64,000 nucleotides of DNA, taken from the NCBI GenBank assembly GCA_012026655.1, contig JAAILG010000419.1, positions 1 through 64,000 on the forward strand. Reading direction: 5' to 3'. This DNA comes from Hydrolagus affinis (Eukaryota). Positions 1 through 13,400 of the stretch are shown here, one piece after another. The position numbers were made by a program, and so were the translations under genes. Position 1 is the first letter of the stretch. The number at the start of each line of letters is the position of its first letter. The notes under the pieces are model-generated. The model ran no database searches and was not told the origin of the DNA. It saw only the letters and a list, made by a program, of their open reading frames with translations.

Positions 1-169
1 TCAATTGCAAGAAATTGTCCCTCGTCCAGGACTCAATGTCGGACAGACATGCTGTCAGAACATCGATGGTCTGGGGGTTGAGGGAAGAGGCAGAAAGGTA
101 CAGCTGGGTGTCATCCGCATACATATGGAAATTTACCCCATGTTTGCGGATGACGTCGCCCAGAGGGAG
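1..169 (-). mobile_element. L2-clade LINE fragment, reverse transcriptase core (continues beyond window start)
   Basis: Minus strand translates without stops to [56 protein letters not shown], with the YADD catalytic motif and L2-type context. Confidence 0.92.
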
Positions 170-216
170 CGACGTCATCAATGCGGTTTAATGGGACACA
201 TTTTCCTTTCTTGTAG

Positions 217-298
217 CACAAGTGAGATCCCTCAATTCAGACTGCCTTATAATGTTGTCCAGTTTGAGATCAAGCTGATGAAAGACCTTGGCGTGAAG
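217..298 (+). CDS. DPYD: DPYD exon 7 equivalent (82 nt): (S)[27 protein letters not shown]
   Basis: Acceptor ttttcctttcttgtag|c and donor aag|gtaatt. Peptide and length match human DPD exon 7 (FAD-domain region including R235). Confidence 0.97.
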
Positions 299-917
299 GT
301 AATTGAGAGACAACACATGTAGAGAAAATGAAAAATGGCTTAATGTTCAAGATAGATTTAACAGCAAAATATCACTTAGATTAGCAAAGTACAATTAAAA
401 AGAACGCTAGTTGCTGGAGTCGGAAATAAACCTTTAGTTTAGGATATTTGTCTGTCTGGCTTGAATGCCAACATTCTGGAAAAGGGCAATCGATAGTTCT
501 CTTTTGATTTGGCAGGATGTGATTAATTGTTTTAAGAGAAACAAATTGCTAAATTCCTATAAGCATTCAGTTTAAATAATAGTTCAATCTTTGTTTCAAA
601 TGTGTTTATATTTTGTGATACTATCTTTTAAATTGATTTTTTTTAAAAAAGAAAGTGATTGAGCACAACACAACAATAAAACAGCTTTCTGATTTTGAGA
701 CGAGTGATTCCAACTAATGGTCCTCTAAGACTCAAACCTCTAGCCTTTTTACTTTATTGTAGAAGTCTAATATTCCCCCCCTCCCCCACCAAAATGTCTA
801 CACAAAAAAACTGCACATCAAACTAGTGCAGCAGTAAATAAATGTTACATACTTTAAGATGCTAAAGTGGTTTGAACTCACTTGTCCTCCAGTTTGCAGT
901 AATTCTATATTCAATTC

Positions 918-1090
918 AATAATAATCCTTGCATTTGATATAGCGCTTTTCAGGTCTTCTAGACGTCTCAAAGCGTTTCACAGAATATACTGTAAAGTCA
1001 ATTGACTGTATATTTGTGGGTGAAACATGGTAGCCAATTGCACACAGCAGTGTCCCACAAACAGTCGTGGATTGAAATTACTAAATTGTT
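918..1090 (-). mobile_element. Young Deu-domain SINE, 3' half
   Basis: Reverse complement of the tgtttgtgggacactgctgtg...aagcgctatatcaaatgcaaggattattatt unit shared by many copies in the window. Confidence 0.88.
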
Positions 1091-1338
1091 ATCGTTTGGA
1101 ATACTATATAATAATGCTTGCATTTGATATACAATAGCAGCTTATCAGGTCATTGAGTCGTCTCAAATCACTTCACTCTCTGACTGTAACTGACTCGCAG
1201 TATTCCCCACCCCCACCCACTGTCTGCCCGGGAGTTAAAAGCGCGGACTGTGTGAATATTATTATTATTATCCAACACAATCCTAAATAGTTTTAACACT
1301 CAGTAAATCATGGAAGTTATTTTTCCTTATTTTGTTAG

Positions 1339-1426
1339 ATTGTTTTTGGTAAAGGCCTGGGAATGGAAGGCATGACTCTGGAAACCTTGAAGCAAAATGG
1401 ATACAAGGCGGTCTTCATTGGTATAG
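1339..1426 (+). CDS. DPYD: DPYD exon 8 equivalent (88 nt): IVFGKGLGMEGMTLETLKQNGYKAVFIGI(G)
   Basis: Acceptor ttttgttag|att and donor atag|gtcagt; phase 0 to 1. Matches human GYKAAFIGIG. Not in ORF track. Confidence 0.96.
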
Positions 1427-3870
1427 GTCAGTGTACAAATTGCATTAATTTTACTGTATGTTTGCAGCAGATATAGCTGGATAAACAATATTGTGTCCAC
1501 CATTGGATAAATATTGGCAATTGGATGGATTTAAATCCAGTTTATGAATGCCACATATTATTTTGCTAACATTACAGTACAATTCATCGCCAAGCAGATG
1601 TGCACGACAGCATTTTGTATTGATGCATGTTCAGTTGTGGGACGCATTGTGCAACTAGATAATGCTAATGAATATTGTTACGTAGTTTTAGATGGGCAGT
1701 TGATATATGCATTTTAGAACCTAGCCTTTCTGTAATATTTAGTGTCAGGAGTTTAGAAGATCATTTTATAAAATGTCTAGAAGAATTTTATACTGCATGG
1801 AAGCTACAAATTCTGTTTATTGTCAATTCCGTTTATCCTATAGGATATAGCAGTAAATCACCCAGTCCTGTGAGCACACTTAAAAGCGTTGAATTATTAA
1901 ATAAAAAGTTTTTTAAATTTTTTTTTATGAATGCATAAGTTGATTTTTGCAGTTGGCCTGTATGTAGTTTGGCTTTAAACTATGTAGTGTAACCATTTTA
2001 ATGTGTTTAAGTAGGTCACAGCGTTTCGTGCAAAGAATCTCACAGGAAGAGTGTTTTGCAATTATAGCGCCATGCGAAGCATTTTGCAAGGCTTTTCAAT
2101 AGTTTTACAATATCCCATAATAGCTGTTCCTTCCTGAATAGTTTACCATTTTGTTTCTCTTCAGTGCTTCAAGTGCTTGAAAAGCATTCACAACCTTGAC
2201 TTGTTTTGAACCAGTATGCTCCCACATGCTTTTTTTTTAAAAAAATCTTCCCTTTGTAATTATTCAAGGTGCTTCAGAATTGATGAGTTTTCGGTTTAGA
2301 ATACACAACGGGGTTTAGAAGGATATGCCAATTGCAAGATGTTTTATTTGACTCGATTTTTCAAAGTACTTTACGGGGAATCCTTTACCCATGTGTTGGC
2401 CTTGCTATGAAATTAGGATCTGTCCCAGCAGTAAAATCTATATGTTCCTCGATGTGAGTGTATGTAAATAAACTGATACTGAATGTAGTTCTTTATAAAA
2501 CATCAGGTGCACTCCACACTCCATATAAATTGGTTGCTCAACACAATGAACTTGTGTAAGCAGGTTTAATTTATTCCTCGCACTGTACAAAATGAAGGGC
2601 CCATCCCTCCAATCCTCTGAATTATAAATAGGAGATTCTGATATAGCCTAAGAAGTGGACTGCAACATATCTGCACAATTAGCATTTTAATATTGTTGAT
2701 GCAATACACAATAAATTGCAGCGCACCTTTTAAAGATTGGAAGAATCAATAATCGTGTAATACCATCGGTGTAGGCAAAGCAGCCGTTTGATTAGTAAAG
2801 TGAAAGACAGAATTTCGTTAATGCAGATTACATATGCGTTTGGAAAATAACCAGTCAGTAAAAGTTTAGAATCTAAATGAAGCATCTTGTCCTAGCAGTG
2901 GAGGTGTTATGGCATCGATGCATTGCCTGATTAATGAGTGAGCAGTGTTGAAGCTACTGGAGAGATTTGTAAGAAATGATTTATTATTCTGAGAGGATTG
3001 CCTGCTTGCTGCAAATTAGAGATTTAAGCACCTCTGTTTGAATTAAATAAATGAGATGCAACATGTGACAAATGGAGGCACAAATCCATTGAAAGGTTTG
3101 TCGCACGGAGGTATTATAGTTTAAAAAAACACAGTCAATGGGTCTTCCTGTGGTGCCAGATACAAATCACTGTGTTGCTTTATTAAAATCAACACAGCTG
3201 GATTACTGGCATCTATCATCCATGACAAAAAGGGGAAATTAATGTGCTGTGACTTGTGTTGATGATACCAATGCCCACGACAAAGTCGTCTGTGAAGAGG
3301 GTAGGGCACATGCAACGTTATCTTATTACGTTTTCAGATTACATTGCATTTATTGCTGTGATAATTCTATGCATCTCAAGAATTAAACACGATATCACAG
3401 CACATGAATTGTGTAGAAATACGTCACAGTGAAGGCTATCAGATATTGTCGACCCAATACTTATTATGTAGAACTGCAGCAGATAACACATGCCATTATT
3501 TTACCCATACGTTAAAAAAAATGCAACAATTCTGATAACTTTGGCAATAGAAATGACCATAGAAACCATTGAATTAAAACTCAGCATTTTCTTTCTCATC
3601 CACTTCCAGATCTCACCAGATCTAACAACCAAAGGTTGGATGCTTAAAAAAATCACATAGAGGTATCCCACGGACAAATGAATGTTGTCTCGACATGAGA
3701 GGCACTATACACATGTAATTTTGTTGTTGTTGTTGCTGTTGCCTTGGGCGCATACAATGTAAGCATGTGTCTCTGTCTTTGCTGCAGAATGACAGGACTT
3801 TGCACCTAAAACATTCAACAACCTATAGTGTTTAGCAAGATTGAAAATGGAACACATCATAATTAAATAT

Positions 3871-4099
3871 AAATAATAATCCATGCATTTGATATAGTGC
3901 TTTTCACATCTTATCGATGTCGCAAAGCGCTTCACAGAATGTACTGTAAAGTGAATGACTGTATATTTGTGGGCAAAACACTGTAGCCAATTGCGCACAG
4001 CAGCGTTCCAAAACAGTTGTGGATTGAAAATGACTAATTTTTATTATTGTGTTTTTTTTGGACGGATTATTATTAGGCATGAGGAGTAAGGAAACTTCC
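3871..4099 (-). mobile_element. Young Deu-domain SINE, 5'-truncated
   Basis: Same family body and (ATT)n tail. Confidence 0.88.
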
Positions 4100-4659
4100 A
4101 CTACCAATTTATGGTTGGCCTTTTGTTATACATATATATATATATATAGATATACAGTGTAGGAAAGACCAGTCAGAAGGCTGCTGGTGTAGAACAGTTG
4201 GGTTTAATTTGCTTATTTTGTTGCTAGGGAACCAATCATCATATGACAACAACAAAGTACTTCAATTGGGTTGGTCCCGACATTCTGATTTGTAAAATTC
4301 ACAAAGAGAAGACCATTATGGCACAAATAGATTTCAATGATCTATTATACCATTAATGTCTTACAAAAAGGGAGTAAGAATAACCAAATGACAAGTGTAT
4401 TTTATTCACCGACTAGACTATCACTAGACACATGAATGTTTCACTGTGTTCAAGTGTGATTTCCTTTTTACATTTGATAAATTAGGGTTAAAACTCTATT
4501 GCTTTGTCTGTAAAAGGCTGCAGTGTTCTCAGGGCAACTCTCCTATATTTATCCAACCAAACACGCCAAAAAGTCTAAAAACAATATACAGTATCAAACT
4601 ACACAACTGCTGCTTCGCTGTATCTTGTGTCATTTGCAATATCTCCCAAAACATTTAAA

Positions 4660-4760
4660 AATAATAATCCTTGCATTTGGTATGGGGCTTCTCACGTCTT
4701 TTAGACGTCTCAGAGCGATTCACAAAATATACTGTCAAGTGAAGTGACAGTATATTTTTT
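4660..4760 (-). mobile_element. SINE 3' tail fragment
   Basis: ataataatccttgcatttgg...agacgtctcagagcgattcac. Confidence 0.8.
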
Positions 4761-6319
4761 GTGCCGTTAAAAGGAATCGCGACAAGTGTAATGCCGAAGT
4801 ATTCCTTTACATTTGTTTGATGTGCATCTCTGAATTGTAGTTGATTAGGTTTACTAAATTACTTGATACGCAAATATCTCAATGTGTGGCCTCATACATT
4901 TGCATGCCAGTTGCATAGCAACAGATAACTGTCGTTTAACACATGAGTTACTGTATCACTACACATTCATGTAGCGCGAGTTTTAACTTTTTTTTAAATA
5001 ACAAAGTTTATGCGACTACAGTTAATGGTTCCATAGTCAAGTTGATTGCACTGCGATTATTTTTACGGTTTGAAAATATGATTGTGAGAGTTTTGTAGCA
5101 ATGTTGTAAATTCCCTCGACCAACAGGATTTAATTGTGAACACGCTTACTGAAATCTCAATTATAAACTGAGTTTACAACTTTAGCTGTTCTCAGGTTAG
5201 GTGCTGAATGGAGCTCACAGAGGGAAGGAATACTGAAATAGAATCCGCTTTAATTTGCAGTTGCGTAAAACTAGTTCCATATTTTACACATTCAACTTAC
5301 ACATAATTATACTGTTCATATCTAAGCTGAGAAATTGGTGAACCCAGGGCAACATTTGATACGTTTCCGTCTTATAGGTTTAATATTTCCAGATTGTCTT
5401 AGTACCTGTACTTAATATACGTCTAATCTCAACACATTCTATGTAGCCTGATACTTTTAAAGATTATAGTAGTCAAATGATTTGATTTGCTAGAGATGGC
5501 ACGAGGTGCATAACACTACCTTCTATAATGGAAGGTAGATAAATAGTTAAGTATAGAACAGTTGAAATATGTATTAATTGTGTAATATCATTGAATGTGC
5601 TTCCATTATCATCATTAAAGAATTAAGAATAGGACATGGTGTCATGGTTGTAAATACTGCATATCCACTTATGCCCATGTTTTATATATGTTGATGGAAA
5701 TCATGCTAGTGTCAGATGATCTGTTTTTTGGTTGGATCAGTATTCACAGTAAAAATGTTCACGATTTATGTTAACCATAAATGAAGACATAAAAGCTGTT
5801 TCTGCCTTATTAGGTCAGTCAAAGTGCTTTGAAGTTAGATGGCAGATTGATCCAGGATTTTGAATTTTAAATTCTTAGTGTTGGATTATCAACTGAATCC
5901 TTGAGGCCAGTTTGTTTTTAGTTCATCTTTCCACGTGAGATTTGCAGCCTCTAATGCCAAATCGTAAATGTATCACATATGGAAAAGCAGAGATATACTG
6001 CAGGCGACGTACAGTTTCTAGTGTGGTCAGTCTAATCATCATTAATACAGTATAACTAAATGACTTTATGCTAATGTTTGTTTTTCCCTCCCCCTAATAT
6101 TAAAATCATGAAGGAACAATTGGAAAAGGACAGTAAAATAATGACATTACTCAACTTGTCACTGTCACTTTCATTGTTATTTGCTGATAATTTAATAATT
6201 TATTAATCTATCACATCGTTTGGAACATCCCGAAGGGCTCCACAGGATTTACTGTAAGGTGAGGTGACTGTGCCTTTGGAGGCAAATGTAGCTGGCAATT
6301 TCTACTGAGCAGTGATTGT

Positions 6320-6592
6320 AAGGGGAAAAAGTCAATCAGTGTTCCTGCTACTGATTGCTCTGCACTGACTCTTGATGGCAAGTGGATGTCAAATGAGAAC
6401 AGGAGTTGGCTCGGTTGTGATGCTTAACACAGTTGAAAATCCTACTGCTGATCATAGTCTACTTATACGTGTGAAGAGTGACTACTTGAGTGAGATACTA
6501 GTGGGATGTCATCATCACCCATGGGAACCAGAGCCAAAATAAGAGTCAGGAGAGGAGGAGCAGGAGAGTGGGGGGAGAAAATTGGGAGGGAA
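6320..6592 (+). mobile_element. Old AmnSINE2-like SINE relic
   Basis: ggggaaaaagtcaatcagtgttcctgctactgattgc...ggctcggttgtgatgc...caggagag...gagaaaattgg resembles the AmnSINE2 consensus as recalled. Related copies at about 23780-24140 (-) and 43085-43215 (-). Confidence 0.55.
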
Positions 6593-9500
6593 AATCAGTA
6601 CATGGTAGAATATCATCACATATGAAATGTTCTAGGCCATAGGAAAAATGTTACCTTGCTTAAATGGTGCTATTTATTAAGCTATGATAGCATTAATGTC
6701 ATTTGATGATATATTGCATCTGTGTAATATTAGCCAATCTTGTAGAGAGCCTTAAGGATGTTTCATTGAACATTTTGGAATGGCAGCAAGCCAGAATACA
6801 TTTAGAGAAGTCCAGATGACAGTCCAGTAATGAGGTAGTGATTCATGACTGCTGTTTTGTTATAAAATCCTCCTTGATGTAGGGAGAAATGCATACCCAG
6901 CTGTTTCAACTTTTATCAAATGGTATTCTGGAATCCGATTAGTAATAAACAGACTGCCTTTATCTCTGTTTTGTAATTTATAAACGTGTGTCCAAGGTAC
7001 AATTTCTCAATTTATTCTTAAAATGCCATTAAGGTAACAAACTACTGCCTTTAGTTGCAGAATTTATAAATGTTTTTTGACGGGGTGAAAATAAAATCAA
7101 TGCATTTCGTCTACTAAATACACTTGAAACAAAAGGAAATGTCCTTATCAGAAACTGCATGTAATACAAATACTTCAGAAGGACTCTTAACAACTGTTTT
7201 TTCAAACACAAGCATTTTAAAAAAATGTATTCATATTGATCATCTTGTGAAGTAAAAATGATTGCCGGATGTAGATTACATTTTTATCCTATTCTTTTTA
7301 ATAACTTACAGATACCTTAACAAAGAAAAATCATTTTTGTGAATTGCCAAATTAACTTTAATTTTATAATTTGCATGGTCAATAACCGTGCTCAGAAATG
7401 CCTTCTAGGTAACAAGAAGCAATAACTGGGATATATTTTTGGCCCTGGAACCATTGAGTGAATTAGTCTGTCCATTCACACTGAAGATGTACAAATCTAT
7501 AATATCCTTTACAGATGGGTCCCAAATTGAAGGTCTGTGTTGTTTTATTCCTGGTCAGGAAATTAAGATTGATCATACCAGACACCAGGGAGTAGGTTGT
7601 ACTATCAGAGCTCAGTGTGGTTAACGAGGATAGGGCATGGCTTGTGTTCCGCTCAACTGTGCACTTACAGGTTCCAAATACTATTGATTGTGAAGGTTAC
7701 AGATTTCTGGGAGGCGGTGTCATGATCTGGGTTGTTGCACAGTTTCAGAGGTGCACAGGCTTGAGTGGCTACAGACCAGATGGAACAGGCTACCTTTACA
7801 CCTGGGAAGAGGGATTTATACTTAAGTGAGTAGGGCAAACTCATCACGTAGAAATAATGAATGGAAATGTGATAGGTTGCTCTATCACAGGTCAAACAAC
7901 TGCTGTGGAAAGGACTTTTAATTACCCTTGCTCAATAGAACTGCTGTACAAAATGCATTAATGATAGGTTCTAAGCAGAAACGTGCAATGCAAACCAATG
8001 CAAAAAAACTGTTTAAGAATGTAATTAGTAGACTGTGTAATTAGTAGAAGGTGGGTTTTTACTAAAGTAAGATAATTAAATTGTAAAGCTACTTTAATTT
8101 CGGTGTCTGCAATGCAGAAGTGGGACATTTTATAGTAAATTTCCTAAAAATATATTGACATGAAACAGGGAATATTTAAGCACTGAAGTGCCATTTGATA
8201 ATTGTAACGGTGAAATGGATTGTATTTTTTTTCTCTAATAAAAACGTTGGGCTTTCCAGAATCAGATTTCACGCAAAAGAAATAGACAGATGGTGTTAGA
8301 TTTTTTTCTAAATAAAAAAAAGAGTGTGTGCGTTGTGGATTGCCTCACAAGTAGTAGTGTTGGTGATGCTGAAGGTGACTGGGAGCAAAGCGGAAAATAT
8401 TATCAGAAAAGTAGCATGGGGTTAAGTGGTTCAAAGGCCGTAGATCAGAAACAGGCAGAGCGGGGGTTGAACTGCCATTGCAAAGAATAAGTTAAATGAG
8501 ATCAAAAGATTTCCACTGACATATTTACAGGAAGACCATTTTGTTTTAGGAAATCAAATCTTGATTTAGGAGCCGGATTTATTTTTGAAAATATTCTGCG
8601 CAAATTTTAAGACACAAAAGTCTTACAGTAAAATTTAAATGGATTTTCTGACCCTAGCTAGTTTGGTATCTGACCTCTCCCAATAAGCAGGTCTTCTCCC
8701 AGTAAATAGACTAGCTGATACTATAACTGACTCAGTACGTATGAGAAATGTATTGTTGAAATGTATCCCAAAATAGGAAGGGGATTTTAAAAAAAGCTCA
8801 AACAATTGATACAAAAAAAAATCAATGTGTTGGTATAGATCAGTGGTGTCCAATATTTTTGGTTGTCCAACAAAATAATCACACAAATAATAAAATAGCA
8901 TAGATTTATGCCACAAATCAAGAAATATTCAATCAACAAACATTTATTTTGTTGGTCAACAACAGAGGTTTAGTCTTTATGTGGCAGATTTAGGAACCAA
9001 GGAGATTAGCTAGCATTGGTGGAGATGATGTTTGTAAAGTCTACTAGAGATGTGATTTAAGGCAGATACTGCAACTATTTGGACAATATCAATGGGCAGA
9101 TGTTTCCAAGGTTGCTCTTAAACATTGTAAAGCTGTCACTGTAAATGTTGACTTTAGTGAGAGCGTAGATGACATTGGCAAATGTAATGGTGCAAAGCCT
9201 TTTTCTTTTCAGTCATTAACTTGGGGGGAAGAAAAACACACACAAATTAATTTCATTAATGGATGCTGCGCTTTGTTTGTCCTCCACAATTCCTAGGTAA
9301 GGTCAGTATAACAAGTATTAAAGATTATAGGCTTCAAAGTTTTTACCTTGGAACATATTAGGCCCTCTTCCCTCCCCATATATAGGACATATCCGTTTGG
9401 TTCTTTTCTGTTGATAATGAAATATGTAGCTTGTTCCCATTTCTTAATGAGCGCAAGATGAAATATTGTTTGCCTTTCAAATTTGTCTTTTTTTAAAAAC

Positions 9501-9705
9501 ATAGGCTCTCTTCTACCAACCTGCCCGCCCCTTCCTATCAGCAGGCTCTAGTCTGCTCCGTGTCTCCAAATAAGTCAACCGTATTGATGTGAAGTGAGAG
9601 TGATTTTGGAAGCAGTGGATTTGTGTGGGTAGCCAGCAAATTAATGTTCGATGTTGTTCTGTGATGTGATTTTGGACCTCAACAGCACAACAGCAGCTCA
9701 GGCTT

Positions 9706-9770
9706 CAGCGCCTTGGGACGTCCTCCCAACGTGAAAGGTGCTCTATCAGTGTAATTTTGGTGTTGTTGAT
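9706..9770 (+). mobile_element. L2-type 3' terminal stem-loop plus (TTG)n tail
   Basis: cagcgccttgggacgtcctcccaacgtgaaaggtgctctat...gtgttgttg. Similar short tails at about 14707, 16820, 21788 and 54573 (+) and 18446, 36701 and 57424 (-). Confidence 0.75.
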
Positions 9771-11413
9771 GTTTTGACTTCTTGGCTTGAATTTCCTTTA
9801 GTTCAAACTCTCTGCCACTAAGTGACCAAACAGGGAATTGGACAAAAAATAAATAAGGGAGACTTGTTATGGACAACTGTGGGAGAAACTGAATAACTTT
9901 CTTCTTTATAGTGGTCTTGGAGTCTGAATAGCTCCAAGTTCTTTACTGTTCCATTGTTTCCAAGAGTTTCATTGTCGATGAGTTTATGCTGTAGAATGAC
10001 TGTTCTGACTGCTAACAAAACAGACGGAAAACAGCACATGCTAAAACACGTTATCTATGTAGCATTTATTAAAAACGCTCTATTTGCCAGACACAATACC
10101 GAATTGCGTCTTTGAAATGAGTGAATTCACTCGAATGTTCCCTTTATTCTAACATTTGGAACTTGAATATCATTCTTCGCTACATCTCCAGTGAGTTGGT
10201 GCTTTCTTTCATTTTGAATGATACCCTAAAGTGGAGAGTTCCTTTGTCATGCAATAAAATAAGCATTCCACTTAAATTTGTCACTGTTTGTCACGCTGAC
10301 TCCCAACTCCACATTAATCAAATAAATGTGATTACTGGTAAGGTAGTCATTAGACACATGTCACACTGCATGTGAAGTCAGAAGTAAATTGCTTTCTGTA
10401 ATTGCATGAGCTCAGTGGGTTAAATCATTTTAAATGCATCATAACATTTTGGGGATTTTTTTTTGCAACGCATAGGCCCAGTTTTACAATATCTGCAACA
10501 TCATAGTATGTAAATGGAGTCTATTGTGTGATATTAGAAACAAGATTGTAAATAGCAAAGTGATACCAATCTCAGTTTGGATTTCATCAAGTCAGCAAAT
10601 GAGTGGAGTAACACTTGGAACAAAGCTAGAATTGGCTACTTACGTGTCCCTGTGCAAATATCACAAATGAAATCACAGCAGATTCCAGTGGCAGCAAGAA
10701 TATCTTATTAGGATAATAATTCAGTACGGTGTCCTGTTCAGTAATAAAAAATGTTGGGAGTATAATTCTTAAAAGCCTTAAAGTTGACTACAATGCCCCT
10801 GCTTCTCAACTTGCGTACTTTGTTCTAAATGAATCATTTTCAACCTGAATGCACTTTGAATCTTTTTCCAATTTCTAAAATATTGAAACATAGGTGTGTG
10901 CATATTTTTGCTGATTGGTAAAGATTAGGTCCCTGGGTAAAGAGATTCAATTTGCTGGATAGATTTTTGTACATGTGCTCTTTCAATAGACAGTCAAAAA
11001 TGCAGCAAAATAAGAAAGACTTCTTCACTGCATCCAGCTTATAATAATAATAATAATATTGTAGTAATAATAATAAATCATTAGTATAAACACACGGTAA
11101 AATCAGTAGCTTCCCACAGCAGCAGCATTAATTCTTAACAAGGTCCCAGTCTCAGCACTTTTCTCACCTCCTATTTAATACAGTTATTTGTACGTAATTT
11201 CTGGAAAAAAACTAATGAGTCCAAAGAAAATTCTACCCACATCTGTATTCGAGAAAGTTGTTTGCGTAGATGTCAGTTAGTCTTTTCAGCATCAGCAGAA
11301 AGTAATCAGAAGTGTGGAAATTATCTATTTTTTAAAAATTGTTTATGACTTTTATCACAAGACTCTTATTTGGTACATTATTGTTTGATGAAGTGAGCTT
11401 TTTTTTTTAACAG

Positions 11414-11521
11414 GTTTACCGGAGCCAAAGAAAGATCACATTTTCAAAGGCTTAACAATGGAAAATGGCTTCTACACATCCAAAGACTTCCTGCCCCTTG
11501 TTGCCAAAGCCAGCAAAGCAG
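11414..11521 (+). CDS. DPYD: DPYD exon 9 equivalent (108 nt): (G)[35 protein letters not shown](G)
   Basis: Acceptor ttttttttaacag|gt and donor gcag|gtagat. Conserved [14 protein letters not shown]. Confidence 0.97.
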
Positions 11522-11799
11522 GTAGATGTTTTAGTGTTGCCTCCTCTTCTGCGAAAAAGTTTGTGAAACTTGATCGCCGGTTGATTTCTTGGCCGTTCAT
11601 TTTTAGGGGGGAATCCTTTCCGCTGAATTGTATGTCCTCTAACCAACTGAATCTGGAAAAATGTTAGTCTAACACCATCACTGGTCCTCAAAAGATTAGG
11701 ATTGACTCGGGAGCTGCATTGTACAGTAAATCTTGTGAAGACGCTGTATCACGTGCGACAATGACATTGACTTTAAGATAATGCTGTAATGTTTTTCAG

Positions 11800-11969
11800 G
11801 AATGTGTGCCTGTAACGCCAAACTGCCAACCCTCCGAGGAACAGTGATTATACTTGGTGCTGGAGACACAGCCTTTGATTGTGCTACATCTGCATTACGC
11901 TGTGGTGCTCGTCGGGTGTTTGTGGTTTTCAGAAAAGGATTTACCAACATCAGGGCGGTCCCGGAGGAG
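11800..11969 (+). CDS. DPYD: DPYD exon 10 equivalent (170 nt), NADPH-binding GAGDTAFD motif
   Basis: Acceptor gtttttcag|ga and donor gag|gtaaaa. Encodes [56 protein letters not shown]. Confidence 0.98.
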
Positions 11970-13400
11970 GTAAAACTCAACACGCTTAAACACACAGGGT
12001 TTAATACAATGGGGGCTGGCAGATGGAGCAGAGGATTGCATGGTTTCAATTTATTAACTTGTGCTCCCTGTCACTCACGACCTCAAACTCAACGCTGAAC
12101 AATGTATCCATTGTTTATATAACAGATGTATTGTAGATTTACTTTTTTACTGATATTTCCTTTTCCATCATTTAGTTGGAATTGTTGGACTGTCCCTAAG
12201 TGTGTACTTTCAGATATCATGCTCACTTAATTCACTCATCCATTCTGTACACCTGTGAGTGTCCTAAATCCTCTAATGGTTATAAAATGGAGTATTCTGA
12301 CATTTAATTTAGCAGCGGGAACTATGTAAATTTAAATAAAAACAAATTATAGGTTATTAAACCTCAGCCACATCTTTTTTTTTAATAAAATGGGTGCTGA
12401 GTAATGTAAAACACTTCGAAAACTGTGTCTTCCAGCTTTTTTTTCTCTGTCTGATCATTTGTAACTAACTTGATGCTTGAAACTCCTTCTTTCATTAGTT
12501 CAGTATCAGTGAGGATTTAAGAGCGAGAATAGACAGATATTTTAGGAGTAAAAAAAAATGTTACGGAATTGGCAGGGAGATGGGATAGGGCGAAGCTGAA
12601 TTAGGCTGAATAATTATGTATAACCTACTGTGTTCCTAAGGTGGAGCCCTAAATCATACACATCAGGTGGATGCATTGCCCTCTCTTGTAGTGCTGGAAG
12701 TAGTGTGAATAGCCAAATGATTCCTAGTGGGAAACTAAATTTATATTTCCCACTTCAGCTTGCTCTTGCTGGGTACTGAGGGCAGTTCTGCACATGTGCA
12801 TCTTTGTTACTAATTGCAAACTGAATTGTGCAGGAAATTCAGAGCACTTCAATTTCCAATTGACAGTAAAAATGGGCTATAAGATTGGAATGGCCTGTGC
12901 AAAGCAGATGGCCAGTGATGAACAGAGAAAATGTAGAGACGGATACATGCTCTGGATTTTGTTTAATTACCTTTGGGGTTAAGAGAATGTTTATGCAAAC
13001 TTTTTCTTTCGGTTGATTGCTGTACATGGGGTAGAGTCTATGATCGCCATGAGTCTATTGATTGCAATGGCCATATTAGCCACCCACACATCCATCCATC
13101 CTTTCTTGTGTGTGTATACAGATTTATAGAACACTGCCACCATTTTTAACAGCTACCATATGAGCCTCCGAGAACTCCCAAATTGACCATAAACCAAAGA
13201 GAATCTCTGCAAAACCACAACTGCAATCCGTAATAGGCACCCAGTTATCAGCGAGAACAAAAATGCAGTCATAGCAGCACCAAAGCGAAACAGTTATTAC
13301 TTCAAAATGGAGTTCACGAAATGGCTTGCTGCCTTATGTTGACAGTAAATGTAGAGCGAGCAGCAAAAAGAAACAAAATGTGGATATCCAAGCAGTTATT

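Noticed and set aside
5-322. 105-aa + strand ORF
   Set aside because: Chimera of antisense L2 sequence, intron and DPYD exon 7; only 217-298 is coding.
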